Source of the DNA: Schmidtea polychroa
Taxonomy: Eukaryota
NCBI GenBank assembly: GCA_044892525.1
Contig: CM097888.1
Span: 39,742,001 to 39,806,000, forward strand
Length of the DNA stretch: 64,000 nt
Reading direction: 5' to 3'
In this document: piece after piece, positions 39,664 to 53,390 of the stretch
How positions within the stretch are numbered: the stretch's first letter is position 1
Layout: each line of letters opens with the position of its first letter
Notes under the pieces: generated by a model
Told to the model about the DNA's origin: nothing
What the model saw: the letters and a program-made list of their open reading frames with translations, nothing else
Databases searched by the model: none
Made by a program: the position numbers and the translations under genes

Positions 39664-40616
39664 CTTATAAGTACATTATTATTAATTATAAATGAAAATT
39701 TATAAAACTCACCAATTAAATGTATGTAAACTTGATCAGGCTTTATAAGAAATTATATATTTATTTCATAAATGAAGAAGGAATCAAAACTTCAAGGGGC
39801 TAGGAATTGAGATTTTTGACTACTCCGAGTTTGAAATTTATATTGAGTTCCGAGTTCTATTTTTTCTGTGTTAAGAGTTCCTTTAATTTACTCTTGTAAT
39901 TTTTTTTAATTATTATTATATATTGTAAATATAAATAAGAAAAAGTACTTTAATAATAAAGAAAAAGTCGGAATTTCATTATGAATAATAAAATACTCAG
40001 GAAACTTAAGATTTTATTAATATTCATTTATTTTTTGGTAATGATATGAGCCCGAGTCGCGAGGATTTGCCATTTGTCAGTAATTATCGCGCATTCTATT
40101 GATTATTTAAAACAATCAGACTAAGTATTAAATTTATTTCGCTATTTTTTAGCGATTTTCATGGGGATTTTTTTATAATCTTTATTTAATTTTTTCTTAT
40201 TCTCTTTCTTAAATTCTGCACTTTTTGTCATAGTTCATTCATATGACCAATAATCATCTTAATTACTTTCTTTTCGAATGTTTTTTGAAACTCGGGTAAA
40301 ACAATGTTCAAATACCAACATCCACCATTTTAGGAATAACTTAGTGATTGAAGGAAATTGTAAAACTAGTTTGTATAAAAAACGTAGCCTTATCGGAAAA
40401 GAATAAATTCCTTATTAAAAGTATTTAATAAATTTTCGACTATTATTTAATCATTTCCAATAAAGTTAATCATAATTCCATCAATCAGTTAACCATACTA
40501 AATAATAAATACAAATTCAAAATTAGAAAAAACAAAACGATTTAAAATGTTTATTCAAAAGCAAATACCAAAAATTATCTTTATTCAAAAACATTAATGT
40601 TCATTTCAAGGGGTGC

Positions 40617-43600
40617 CTAATCATCCAATTTTTCAGGTTCCACAATTTCGACAGCTGGCATTTGTTTCTGGGCAGCACTTATTTTTTCACCCATTGTCAC
40701 AGCCATACCTTGACTCTTGGCACGGATTCGCACATGGCCAGTAACCGGTTCATTTCCTGGCGGCTTTTCCAAGCAAATATTTGCCAGAACATGTTCACCG
40801 AAAATGCTTTTAGCATATAAAGTAACACACAGATAATCACATTCACCTTCCAGTGCTTCAGGTGGAGTTAAGCATCGCATATTTGTGTTTTTAGTAATAT
40901 GGTTCAAATATTGATGGAGATCCTTGATTTTTGTATTAACTGTAACTTTATTTTCCCATTCAAATTCATTCCACATTTTTCTATAATGACTACGAGAACA
41001 TGATGCAGGCATAATGTATTCGAGAATATCTATATGAATATCATTCAGCACCACGCAATTGCATTCGCCAGTAGCTCCACTAACATCATAGACAATATTG
41101 CCAAAAATTATTCCATTTTCACTCGATGATACCTACATTTTGAAAAATAATTTAATCAATAAATATTCAATTAAATATTTAGATAGTCAATGCTAATTAT
41201 ATGACCAAATAAATCCTTCATCATCATCAACAAGTCTCTTATTTCCCTCGTTCTCCATTCCAAATTAGACATTATATTCCATACGAAACGAATAACATTT
41301 ATTCTATCAAATCTCTGCTTACTGATGCATAAAAAACAAACCAAATTCTATTTGATATATTCATTCATCATATCCAGTTTGTCCAATGAACATGAAAGTG
41401 GATAATACTCTTATTACAGGCGGAAGAAAACCAAAAAATATGGTCGATTTCAGCTTCATTTGGCATTTTATATAATTCATGTATTAATTCAAATTATTAG
41501 TTATTTATTATATAATATATATAAAATATTTTTTTGTAAAATTAACCTTGATGTTTGCCTTGATATTCGTGAAATCGTGAGGTCCCATAGTGAGAGGAGA
41601 TGGCTTTTCTACCAATTTAAGATCCCCGAGAGTAGCCAACTCAACAGTTAAATTTTGAAGAGTATCTGAAGTTTGGTTCACGACAAAGATGTCGAGCACA
41701 ATGTCATACTGGTTGACATGGACGTACGCTTCAGCATAGATCGGATCAGAGAAACCAGTCAATTGGGTCACTTTACTAAGTTTAGAAGTACTAAATATAT
41801 CACTTCTATCTTTTCCAAATGTTCCAGCGTCTCCAAGAGCTTGGCTCATAGTAAGATCAAATCGATCAATTAATTCATTCATTTCATTCTTATTGGCCAA
41901 CAAAGAAAAATGAACTGGACTGTCTGGTTGAATTATTTTTGGAGCTGGTCTAGTTTGTATGAGAGATTCTCCGGTTTTATCGATTTCCCGACGTTCAGCA
42001 TCTTGTGAATTGATCATTTCAATGAGTTTTGCACGACACATGCTCTGCATTGCTTTCAAAATAGTAAAATTACGATCAGCGAGAGCCTGTTTAATAAAAA
42101 ATTAAATTTTAATATTTTAAACAGTTTTAAAAAATCACAATCGCTTTGAAGTTAAATATGAAGCTACTATTTCATGCCAAAAGTAACGAGATCTTGTCAA
42201 ATGCTTTTGTTATATTAACACTAGATTTACTGATATTAAATTTATACCTATTTTCACTGAAACATTTCCGCTAAACTAAAAGGACAAAAAAGTACAGTGA
42301 TATATGCGCGTATCATTGTATCATTAATAAACATAAAAAAAATTGGAAAAAATAATAGTTCTCTTGTATTTCTAATTTTAAAAATTGAATCCGTCAAATT
42401 GACGGGTTCCGTAAATCTAGTGTTAAAAGAACATAATTGGATTGGATCATGAAAGATTTATAATACAGATTTTATATATATGCGGTTATAATGAAATGCT
42501 TCAGTATTCCCCAAGATTATATACATAATGGAACGGGTCGATAAGAACATTACAAAAATCAATAAGGTCGCTTCCCAAAAGGATATTACATGTTTTGAAG
42601 AAACAAATTTATTTAATTTATATCAACCTATATTAATTTATATATTACAACCGATCATATTTGGAATAAAGTCAAATTGAAAGTAATCAATAAAATTTAT
42701 ATTAGAATTTTAACATATTATTTTAAAAATAGCTATTGCAATATTTTCTTTTATTAGTATTAATAATATTGATTATATTGACATGTATTAATATTAGAAT
42801 TTTTTGTCAAATTCCCAGATAAAACATCAAATCTTCAGACACGGATTAAAGAAAATTAGTATTAGAATCATTAGAATTATGAAATCAAAAAATACCAATA
42901 TTGACTGATTTGAATCATTTAAACGAATATTAAAATTTCTCCAAGATTGTGGAGTAAAGTTATAACAAATGATACTAGCAAAAAAAAGCAAATAATAAAA
43001 CACCTTGAGACAGAACCACATTCTATCTAGGAGATCTGGACAAACGCTATGAGGCAGCAGATCCGATTTGCCAAGATTAATCATGCTTGCAATGATCAGC
43101 ATACATTCGGCAGCAAATGAATTTTCCTTTTTAATAATTTCTTCTCGACTTTTTCCAGATTCTCGGAGTGCGTCGGACAATCGACAAAACACCTTCACCA
43201 ATGCTACACTCAGAGTAACACCGGGCATGAAATCCGGTGTGAACAGTGACGCTTGCAAAGTGGGTCGTTTGATATTTTCCGTGGAAGAGGCTCTCTTATT
43301 CGGCTTAGCTGATGTTAAAGCCGTTTGTGTGGCATAAGTTCCATCAGCTGTAACTTTGCAAGCCTGGCTAGTTATTCCTCCATCCGGAGCTAATAATGCA
43401 GATTCTTCATTGTTTTCCCCGCTAATTCGTTTAATTTCATCTTCAACGAGTGGAACTGATCCGAGAACTTGGTAAATAAGATTGACAAAATTTTCGATCT
43501 CCTCAATAGTCGTGCAATATTCTCCCATTATCCACATTGTGTGTCGAAGCACTTCCCGACAACGGATATTTGGATAAAATTCCATCAACTTCTCAATAAT

Positions 43601-44923
43601 TAAAGATTTATATTGAGGATATTTCTGAATTGCTTCGCGCAAAAACTTACACACTTCATCAGCACCATTGAATTCCTGATATTCAATTTCATAAGTCAGC
43701 AATTCGCAAAGCGTCGGAACTACAGTAGGAATCATTTCCGGAAATCTTACGCATGCAAAATATATAGTATTGACCAAATAATAACGATACATTTTCTCAT
43801 CGACTCCACTGTCACCGTTTTCATTGCTACAAATCTTGATAACTTCCTTTCTAAGAACATTTATTAATTCTTCAGCAGTACGATTTGTCATTAAATCTAA
43901 ACAAAGTTTTAATGTTTTTTTTCTAACTTCCAAATCAGATGAGCCTAATATTCTAAGAACATCCATCACGAGCGTTTGTAATTCCTTTTCGTGATTTTCT
44001 CTCAATCCAATTAATCTATCAAGCACAATTAACTTGACATTGTTATCACTTTCTTTTAATATTAAGTCAATATAACAACTTGCAACAGCTTTAATTGCAG
44101 CTGCAGCACTAGTTAAAGTGATGAGTGTTCCAGCTGCCTCATATCTCACAGAAGGACTACTAGATTGGAGTAAATTATACACACATCGAATGAAACGGGC
44201 TCTTTCTTGGGGATTTGAATGGCATACTTTATATATTAATTCCACTATAATTAATTGTAAGATATCCCCGAAAGTATGAACTTGATCTAAACAAGTAGAC
44301 AAATACTCCAATGCTGTTTCTTGACTTGCGTGTAGTAGCATCATAAATGCATTACGCTTACAAGATGCATCTTGCTCTTGTTCTAAAAACGTATGTATTT
44401 TCTCTGGAGCATCAGGAATCAAAAAATTGAAATTTTTATAAATAGTAAAAATTGCTAATACTGCATTACGACGCACATACGAATGTCTGTGCTCCAAGCA
44501 TTGTAAAATAGATGGCATTAAAGGTTCAAGAACTTCAGGTTCCTTTAATTTACACAAAAACCTCAAAGTAGAACCTCGGATAAATTCGTTAGGATGTTGA
44601 AGATCTTTACGGTAAGCATCGCATACTAAAATCATTTCTTGTGCCAATTTACCATTGCTATCATACTTCGGAACTACTTCCCAAAATAATAGGAGCAATT
44701 TTTTAACGGTGTGATTCTGACAGGGCATAACAAATCTTATAACTATCATGAGAAGATTATTGATTTTTTCGCCATTGCAAATCATCAAAATTACTCTTTT
44801 TAGAGCATTAGTTTTTAATTTAATATCCGGTGATTGAAGATCATCTTTCAATTTTTGTTCTGATGGAACATCACTTTCATTAGGTAAATTTATTAAAGTA
44901 TAACAAGATTGATCAGATGTCAT
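40617..44923 (-). CDS. COPB1: Coatomer subunit beta, about 991 aa
   Basis: Exons 44923-43004, 42086-41547 and 41132-40617, all phase 0 and GT-AG. Hallmarks [56 protein letters not shown] and [13 protein letters not shown]. Confidence 0.97.
42219..42422. mobile_element. 204-bp piggyBac-type MITE in COPB1 intron 1
   Basis: TTAA|CACTAGATTTAC...GTAAATCTAGTG|TTAA, with subterminal palindrome CCGTCAAATTGACGG. Confidence 0.85.
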
Positions 44924-45620
44924 TAATAAATCTAAAATATATATAATAAATAAACATTTTAACAAATTGTATAAATTTTAATTAAAATAAAGATAAAAAT
45001 AATTAATTCCAACGAGTCAATATGTACAGCAACGTAAATCTAAATAATAGAAATAGTTCGTTTAAACAAAGGAAATTAACTATATAATATTACTTATTTT
45101 CATTGGTATAGTTTAAAAGAATTCAAGAAATTTTTGAAAAAAATTGATTTTATAAATATTTTCATGAAAATTAAGTCATACTATCAATTAATTTATATTT
45201 AAATGTAGAAGTAAGAATTGTATTAAATATTTAAATAAAATTATTTATTTAAATGTAAATTAAACTTAAAATACATAGCCAGTATTTAAAAATTCATTCT
45301 GTTATTGTCTAGTGTACACAGTGGGTTTTTGAGAGGTAGAAACAATATAAAAGAAACTAAATAATATCAAACTCCTGTCAGCTCTAAGGGTCTTTTTCAA
45401 TTTTCACCACTGATTTCTTTTCAATTGCCATTGTATTTATTAAAATACTCAGTTCTTGTGTACATTGAACTTCAGGGAGCTGTAATTGAAGATTAAAAGT
45501 TTTTAAAATCATTTCCTACTGGGAGTATTAAAAAAGAAATTTTACAAAACTCCAGTCCATAACAACAAATACTTTTATAATTAAGATCTCAAATATTGCT
45601 TAGAAAAAAATGTCTTTTTA

Positions 45621-46270
45621 CACTAAACCTACCAATGAGCAGTCAAATGACCGCTCCAAAAAATATGCGTCGTTAACATAGAAAAAGATTTTAGCCAATT
45701 GGATACTAAACAAAAATTATTTTTTCAATTTAGGAAAGTTTTATTTACATTTATGCATTTTCAGCACATTTTCCACATACGCATTTTTTATATTTTACAC
45801 AAATTTTGTTTGTCCTATTAAATTTACAATATCTCTTTCTTTCTTTTCATAGTTGTATCTCCTTCTGATTTTTGCTCCCAAGCTCTTCTGCCAATTAAAA
45901 TAAAAATTCTCGCCTCAATATATCTTCACCAGTCGTTTCTTTGTATAAAATGCAAGCATTTATCCCAACTAAATCTAAGATATTGAAAAATACATGTAAA
46001 GACCATCATTGAGATTTAGATTTTACATTATATTTTCTGGCCATTTGATTGGTTACACCTACACCAAATTTTTTACTATTTTAAAATTTAATTGTCTCTA
46101 GTATACGGGTGTATATTTATTGCAATTTCAACGGATGAGTGCATTGAACTAAGTAGAAATACTTTTTTATTGGGTTTAGATTTGCAAATTGTAAGAATAA
46201 AATCATTCGAATCGAATAATATTGTCGAGAAGCGTCGAAACGGCTGACTTAACTCTGCCCTTTATAATAT
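45621..46270 (-). mobile_element. piggyBac transposase 3' remnant with right-end TIR
   Basis: RRFSTILFDSNDFILTICKSKPNKKVFLLSSMHSSV, NQMARKY.VKSKS..W.LHVFFNILDL.GINA.ILYKETTG and EFLF*LAEEL (PGBD4-like). The terminus is TTTA|CACTAAACCTACC. Confidence 0.8.
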
Positions 46271-48313
46271 TTCGTCTTAGTTTATTTCAGTTGGGTAAAA
46301 CTACTAGTTAAATGATGAATCGTACAATTAAAAATAATTATAATACAATAATTGTCAAAAATATTATTGTGATAAATCAATGAAACCACATTTTATAAAA
46401 TCCAGCAGTTACGGTTATATATTTACCACAAAGTTCCACATACAATCACCATATATGAAATTGAGACCTTTTCGAAGATAAACATTTATATATTATCCAT
46501 TTTAGCTTGAACATCCTTTATATTGCTCTTTATTTTTTTTACATTGTCATGAAGGGAATTTCGCACCTAAATAAGCAAATATTAACATTCGAGAAGATTC
46601 AATTCCTAAAATTTCGAAGATTACATATTGCAGTTTAATTATTAAAATATTTCAATAATAATTAATTTACCTTTGATATTATAAATTTTATATTCATTTT
46701 GTCACAGAACATTGAAAAATAAATTAGTTTATCAATATCCGTTCAAAAATACATCAATATAATGTTTACAGATTTAGAAAATTTCCACAAAAAAATGACA
46801 GCAGAACTGTAAGCCGACATTTCAGAATTGAGAAAAAGAAAATTTTGTTCGAAAAACTGTGAAGTCAAAGAAAGTGAAAAAAATGACATAGTGTAAAGTT
46901 ATCCAAATCTAGAAAACGTTGAGTTAAGTATTAAAGAAAACGCGTAGAAATGTCAATACATTAGAAATTTTTTCAAGCCAAAGACAAACATATTTATTTA
47001 ATACAAGTGCAAGAATAATGGATTATGTAATTACATTCAAAAACTGACAGATAGCAAGGTGGGTACGTGATCCCATGGAGTTTCAATTTATTTGAAATTT
47101 TTCAATATTTAATTGCGTAGGTTTGTTCTATGAATGATCAATCTATTTTAGATTGTCGCTGCCACTGCTTTATAAACATTTCTAATCCACGAAACTCTCC
47201 CTACATTACCGCATTAGTCAATAATGAATCTGTGAATGAGAAGTTCTCTGTGATTTTATTAAATAGAATATGTATTTGTACGAGTGGGAGATTCTGCGGA
47301 CGCCATCGATAACAATAAAAAATGGGACTTTTTAAGTGAACACGAACCAAAATATAAGTATTGCATAACATCATATATGATTATGTCACCATTAGTCCAC
47401 TCGAGCGTTGTGTAATATACACAGGGGCTATTGAACTGGAATTGACATGGTACAGTATATTGATGGGAATTTCCATTTGAATAATTAAATAACCTTTACT
47501 AAGATCTAAAATAAGAATCAATAATTTATATTTTAATCGACTTCTATAAAAATCCAAAAATAAGTCTTGCACTCATAAGAGTTAATAAAAATGAACATTA
47601 ATAAATGAAACCATTAGAAATGTTACAGCGAATTTTGTTATTCACAATTGGCATTTATTTTGAACCATTATATAAATATAAACTTCAACATCAATTTATA
47701 TAATAAATTAAGCTAAATATCATTCTATCGGTTTCAAAATTGGACATTTTGGAAATTTGATCGTATTTTTAAGTAATATATCTTAGTTAAGATTATAAAT
47801 TTAATTAATCTAGATTGAAAGATAAAATATTCAATTATTCCATTCCTACTAACTCTGTGCTCTACATTTGATGTGAAAATATCATTTAGCAATTTAGAAA
47901 AGTTCATTAAAAATGAATTATGTGGCGTTACGCAGCCTGGAGAAAACACGATGAAAAGATCAAATGAGGCATATAATACGAAATATTGCGAATGAATTCC
48001 ATGGGGTGAAAGTTATTTCTAACAATTCCTTTATCTAATATCATTAATCCAAATTCCACCCAAAAGAAATTAAACAACGATGAAAACTTTAAGCCAAAAT
48101 AAATTGATAATGAATAATAAATCCTTTTAATTTACTTTGTTGATAGCTCCATTAATTTAATTATTTATAATAATTTACAATTATTATTAATCTATATTAA
48201 AATATCAATCGATGCAAAAATAATTCTAATAATAACAACTCCACCTGTAACACCGTAAATTATGCTCCAATAAAAAAAATTGTATAAATAATAAATTCCG
48301 AATAAAGATTTAC

Positions 48314-51084
48314 CTGAGAGATGATATCATTATATTGCTTTAAATCTTTTCTCATTTCTTTTTGGTTTTTATCTATGAAATTCATTGATTCGGAAAAATG
48401 CATAGCTTGAAAATTGTTGTAATTTAAATTTTTTTTCCAATTTATTTGCTTACCTTGATCGTGAAGGTCTTGAAGATCTTGTAGACGTTTCACGAGAACA
48501 GGAAGAACCAATTGAAACTGCTGCCATTTTTGAAAGAGATTAAAAAGTTCTGCTATCTGAAATGGAGTTTTATTTAATTTTACAGAACAAAAATTATACT
48601 TTGTTTTGTCGATCTGCTTCTGTAACAAGATCTCGTTTTTCGGTAATACTTTGCAACTTTGATTGAAGAGCAAGAAGACGAACTTCAATTTTGTCAACAT
48701 TAGGCCCACCTTTCAATGGTTGACAGCGTGAAGTTAAAATTTTCACTGCTTCCAGTAGACTTTTCGTTGCGGTTTCGGAATTCAAACAAGAAAGATTTGT
48801 GCATCGTTCACCGTAACCAATAGCTGCTTCGATTCGTTGAATTCGCTGATCAATGCTTGCAATCTTTTAAGATATACGCATATTTATCCATTGGACACTT
48901 TGATATGTCAAATTACCTTTGCTGAATTCATTTCCTTATTCATTGGTGATCGATAAAACTTTTCCCAGCTAAGTTTCTCCTGATTCGTATTATCTTTCTT
49001 GTGCTTGGCAACGAACTTTTGAATATTTTCAAACATTTCTCTATTTTTACGGAATTTTTTAAATTTAGTTTATAAAAAATATAATAAAAAATCAATAATC
49101 GAAAATTCCCAAATGTTGTTGTTTGATGAGTTTAAAAGCTTCAATACTTTCCCAGAAATAAATTTCAGGTAGAAGTATCACTATTGGTTATCAAGTATTT
49201 TTCATATTCGTGATTACTTATTTGCGGGATTTTTGAAATGTATTTCAGATTTTCAAATAACTAGTTTTGTAATTGTATAAAGGAGTCAAAATTTACCTCG
49301 GTTATCAACAGCAAAAAGATGCACCACCTTTTGTTTGACAAGGGCACAAAATCAAACCTATGAAAACTTTCTTCTAATTTTATGAATTCAATGATAACGA
49401 AATTAAAAAAATTAATTGGGAGAAAAAAAACTACAATCATGAGCTTGTTGGCTTTGATATCATTCGTTTCAAAGTATTAAAATTTTCCGAAAAGAACTTC
49501 ATAATAATATTCTGAGATAAATAACAAAATTTTCTTTATTTGTTGGTATTAATTAATAAATATAATTAATATGAAAAATCAATATCTAATCTATATAAAA
49601 TAATTTCAAACAATATAATGCGATATAAAAAATATATGCGATATTGTAGGTATTATTAGCGTTGAAAACTCTACGGCTAATAAACAGTTAGTAGCTTAAC
49701 GTTAGTAGCTGCTTTCTCATTGGTGGAAACAATATGTTTGTGATTAAGTTCTATTTTTACAGGATACAAAGATAATATTATATATAACTACTGCTAACTC
49801 ACATGTGGATTACTTATAAAGAAAATATATTTGCCTTTCCACTGATTTTAATTAGATTCTCCATCGAATGCTATACATGCAATCTCAACCCCTTTGAGGG
49901 TCCGTGAGAAATTTCAAATCCCAAAACATTCAAACAGCCCCTGAATTAACATCCATCTGCTTGTGTTATTTTCAGTTCTATATATCTGCTGGGGTTCAAG
50001 ATAAATTTCGTTTGATATCGGACACCGGAAATTGATTTTTTAATTTTTATAAAATGTTTTTTTTATAAAATTCATTGATAATTTACAATATAAGGAAATT
50101 GAGTAAATCCAATTATTTTCAAATTTGTTAATTAATTTTATTTAATTTGTGAATAGTTTCAAGAATTTCACAATTTTCTACACATAATTTACTATAAAAA
50201 ATGCAGAAATATTTCATTTATTTTCCCATAAATTAATTTTTTAATTAATTAGTTTTTAATCAATAATTTACCATAAAAAATATGACAATTTAAATTTCCA
50301 ATTAAGTTCATCCTTTAATGTGTGATGGATGATTATTTGTAAATTACTTTGTGTTGAATCCGCACAAATCCTCATCAATTGCCACATTGATCGATTCTTC
50401 TGGACCGAGACTGCAGTGAGTTTTATAATTTGCTAAGCTGTTTGCTAGAACTTCAATTTCTTTACCAACATTTAATAACTCGGCATTTTTCAATTGACCT
50501 TCAGCTGTTTCATTCATGCATGTTTTTATTTGTTCGATTTCATTAACCAAATCTCGAACATCATGCTGAATCCGCTGAAATCTATCCAAAACAGTTTCAT
50601 TTATTTTCTCAGAATCTGGATACTGTTAAACAATTGACCGATAATTTAAATATAGTATTTTATAATTTAATTTACAATACTTACCAATACATATTCATTT
50701 CTTTCAATACTATATCCAGTATTTACAAATGGTTGAATTCTATCCGAAAAATCTTTAATATTTTAAAAGAATATTTCGTTTTTTTAAAATCTATCCTTAC
50801 CAACACCATCTGCATTAATAAATGAGCCTTTAAAAACCTTTTTTGCATCATCAACATTAATAGGTATTGTGTTAATTGAAGTTTCTTCCGCATACTATAA
50901 ACTTTATTAAAATATCTAAAAAATAAAATAAGTTACTTTGTACAAATCTTGATCAGCTTCAGGTAAATTTTCAGTTTCATAAACGTCAGCTTCATCGTTA
51001 GCCTTAACATTATTAATTTTACAAATATACAATATAATTACATACAATCCAGGGCAAGCCCGCGTATTTAGGATCAACTGTCAT
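48314..51084 (-). CDS. DCTN2: Dynactin subunit 2 (p50/dynamitin); nine exons resolved, terminal exon uncertain
   Basis: Exons 51084-51046, 51002-50937, 50894-50801, 50752-50685, 50622-50348, 49040-48917, 48863-48600, 48556-48454 and 48405-48314, all phase-consistent. MTVDPKYAGLPWIANDEADVYET, DFSDRI, ETVLDRFQRIQHDV and LPVLVKRLQDLQDLHDQA match DCTN2. Confidence 0.92.
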
Positions 51085-52289
51085 TATTTATTTTTAAAAA
51101 TTTTAATAGTGAATTTAAATAATTATTATTTATTCTAAAGTTTTAAACAAACACAATATAAAATTAGTATTATACTTTATAAAATATTATGTTTTAATGA
51201 AAAATTTCAAAAGAGAAATGAACATATTTCTTTTTTTTATAATTTTCAAAAATCTTTATGTATATTTATATATTTACTTTTTCAACATTGTGTGCTAGTT
51301 GAAATTTTGAATACAAATTATTTGAAATTAGTTAATGACATTGATGCTGTTCTCAGTAAACCAATAACAATGAAGCAGCAATGTATCATGTTACTTATTA
51401 GTGAAATTGCTTAAAGTTCACTTAAAATATATCAATTATATTTTATATTATGATATATTATGCCAAGTACCTTGAATTTATAACAATTCTAAATATTTTG
51501 ATTATTCCTGGATTGTCATTATTAAATCGATATTATCCCATATTAAACATAACAAGTGAGTACTTAGTTTATATTAAACATTTTTTCGAAAAGATATTAA
51601 ATTAATTTTGTGGTAAGATAAATGTTATTTAAATATCAATAATTTATTTTTTACATTTTAGTACTTCAAATAATTAATTATTTGATTTAAAATACTAATT
51701 AATTTAGTCAACGAATTTGATATTGCTTAATACAAAAGCATTAAGTTATTATAAACATTCATATAGTCAATGCTATATTCAAATTAAATTGTAAATTTTT
51801 AGCATGTTAAAGAATTAGTTAACTTTAATTATAATTTATGATACTTAATTTAATTACATCAGATTTTGAACAGAAAATCAATATTTGACATCTTTTTTAA
51901 TGAAATTTTGTGTTTAATCGTTATCTAACAAACTTTCAGCTAACCTGATATTTATCATTTTATTAAGTATTTGCAATTTTATAATTATTTCAAGTTTTAT
52001 TGAAACACATCGAAAACATGTAAATCATAAAGTTCTAAAGAAGATTAATTATTACGTTAATTACTAGTAAAGTCATACTTAAACTATCCTTTGTCTCTGT
52101 GGGGGTTATGTCTCGCTCGTGAATCCGAAAGGCATTGGAAACAATCAACTTTGGTTAGTCCAGTTAGGATAGCAATAACTTTCAAATCTGTATATTTCAC
52201 TCATCGATGCTGGTTCTGGTGGGGGCCACTTAGGCGGCCGATTCAGGAGACGCTTTCACTGTGTTACAGTCGTTACAGATAAATATCAT

Positions 52290-53390
52290 TTTCTAATAGA
52301 AAAAACAAAATTCCTAGAATTTATAATAAATAAAAATAGATACTCGAACAGAGGATAATAAAATAGAGGCAGTAAAAGAATATGAAATACTCAAATGTAT
52401 TCAAAAAATTACGAAGCTTTATAGAGTTGCTTGCAATTTATTTTTTTACATTGTATCTTTAACGCTACATCTATGGGGAGAAGTTCCATCTTCAAACAGA
52501 TCATAAAGCAACTACATTTATGTTAAAGACTAAAAAACCTATAACACCACAATTTGAGACATGGATTAATCACCTAAGCAGATTAGATATGGAACTTGAA
52601 TTCAGAGAAGGTAAGCTACATTCAAACGCCGACGCAATGTCTCGAAAAGATCGTGGCACATGTGTTAAATGTCAGGCAATACACGAAGATCCAAAGAAAG
52701 GGAGAGTGAGAACAAGAATATTGGCATTGATAATGAGAAATAATAGTTCAAAATGTCAAGAAAGTTCAGGAGAAATTAATGAAATAAAAAACCAAATTGT
52801 AAATAAAGAAGAAACAGAGTTCAAAATAGTGGCTGAATTAGTAAAAACTAAAAACAATAAATTTGGATCTCAAAATAAAACAGGCAAGAATTTTTAAATT
52901 ATATACATCAGACATTATGCAATCATGACATAGGGTGAAAATACAACTGCAAGTAGTTTAAGAAATAATTGGATTTTACAATTTAGTGCACCAATACTCA
53001 TACAGTGTGATAGAGGAAAAACATTTGAATCCAACCTAAACAAATCACTGACAGAAAAACACAAAGTGAAAGTAGAATTCTTGAGCTTATATCATCACTT
53101 GGCAAATGAAATGATTGAGAGACAATGTAGGACGATCAGAGATGCAATTCAGATATCTATGAAAGGCAAAGTATTTAACACGTTGAGTGCCATGTTTCAA
53201 CCCGGCGGTACACACTACATGAATTTAATAAATGGCGGCAGTCAACGTGTTAAAAATTGGGCAGAATTACTTCCTGGAGTAGAGTTTTTATTAAACTTTA
53301 CTAAACATAGCACAGTAGGGTTTAGCCCAGCTGAAATTGTGTATGGTAAAAAAAATACATACCACGTGCAAAAATGGGGAAAGAAGTTGG
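52290..53390 (+). mobile_element. Gypsy LTR retrotransposon pol fossil (RT end, RNase H, integrase), internally deleted
   Basis: KFLEFII, WINHLSRLDMELEFREGKLHSNADAMSR, IQCDRGKTFES, ANEMIERQCRTI and FTKHSTVGFSPAEIVYGK. Confidence 0.85.
53179..53249. mobile_element. 71-bp piggyBac-type micro-MITE inside the Gypsy integrase
   Basis: TTAA at 53175-53178 and 53250-53253. TIRs CACGTTGAGTGCC and CACGTTGACTGCC (12/13). Confidence 0.85.

Noticed and set aside
43068-43867. Plus-strand ORFs 43068-43337 and 43613-43867
   Set aside because: Antisense shadows of the COPB1 exon with no recognisable domain.
46850-47260. YPNLEN / QAK words as a pogo HTH fossil
   Set aside because: Too decayed and no TIRs; not separable from chance.
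48200-48247. FASID peptide as the DCTN2 last exon
   Set aside because: The FASID frame needs a phase-1 entry, but exon 9 ends in phase 0. The phase-0 reading is not DCTN2-like.
52091-52270. Minus-strand PMPFGF as an inverted RT fragment, or TGGTGGGGG as a primer-binding site
   Set aside because: A single short motif with wrong surrounding context and no LTR boundary found.
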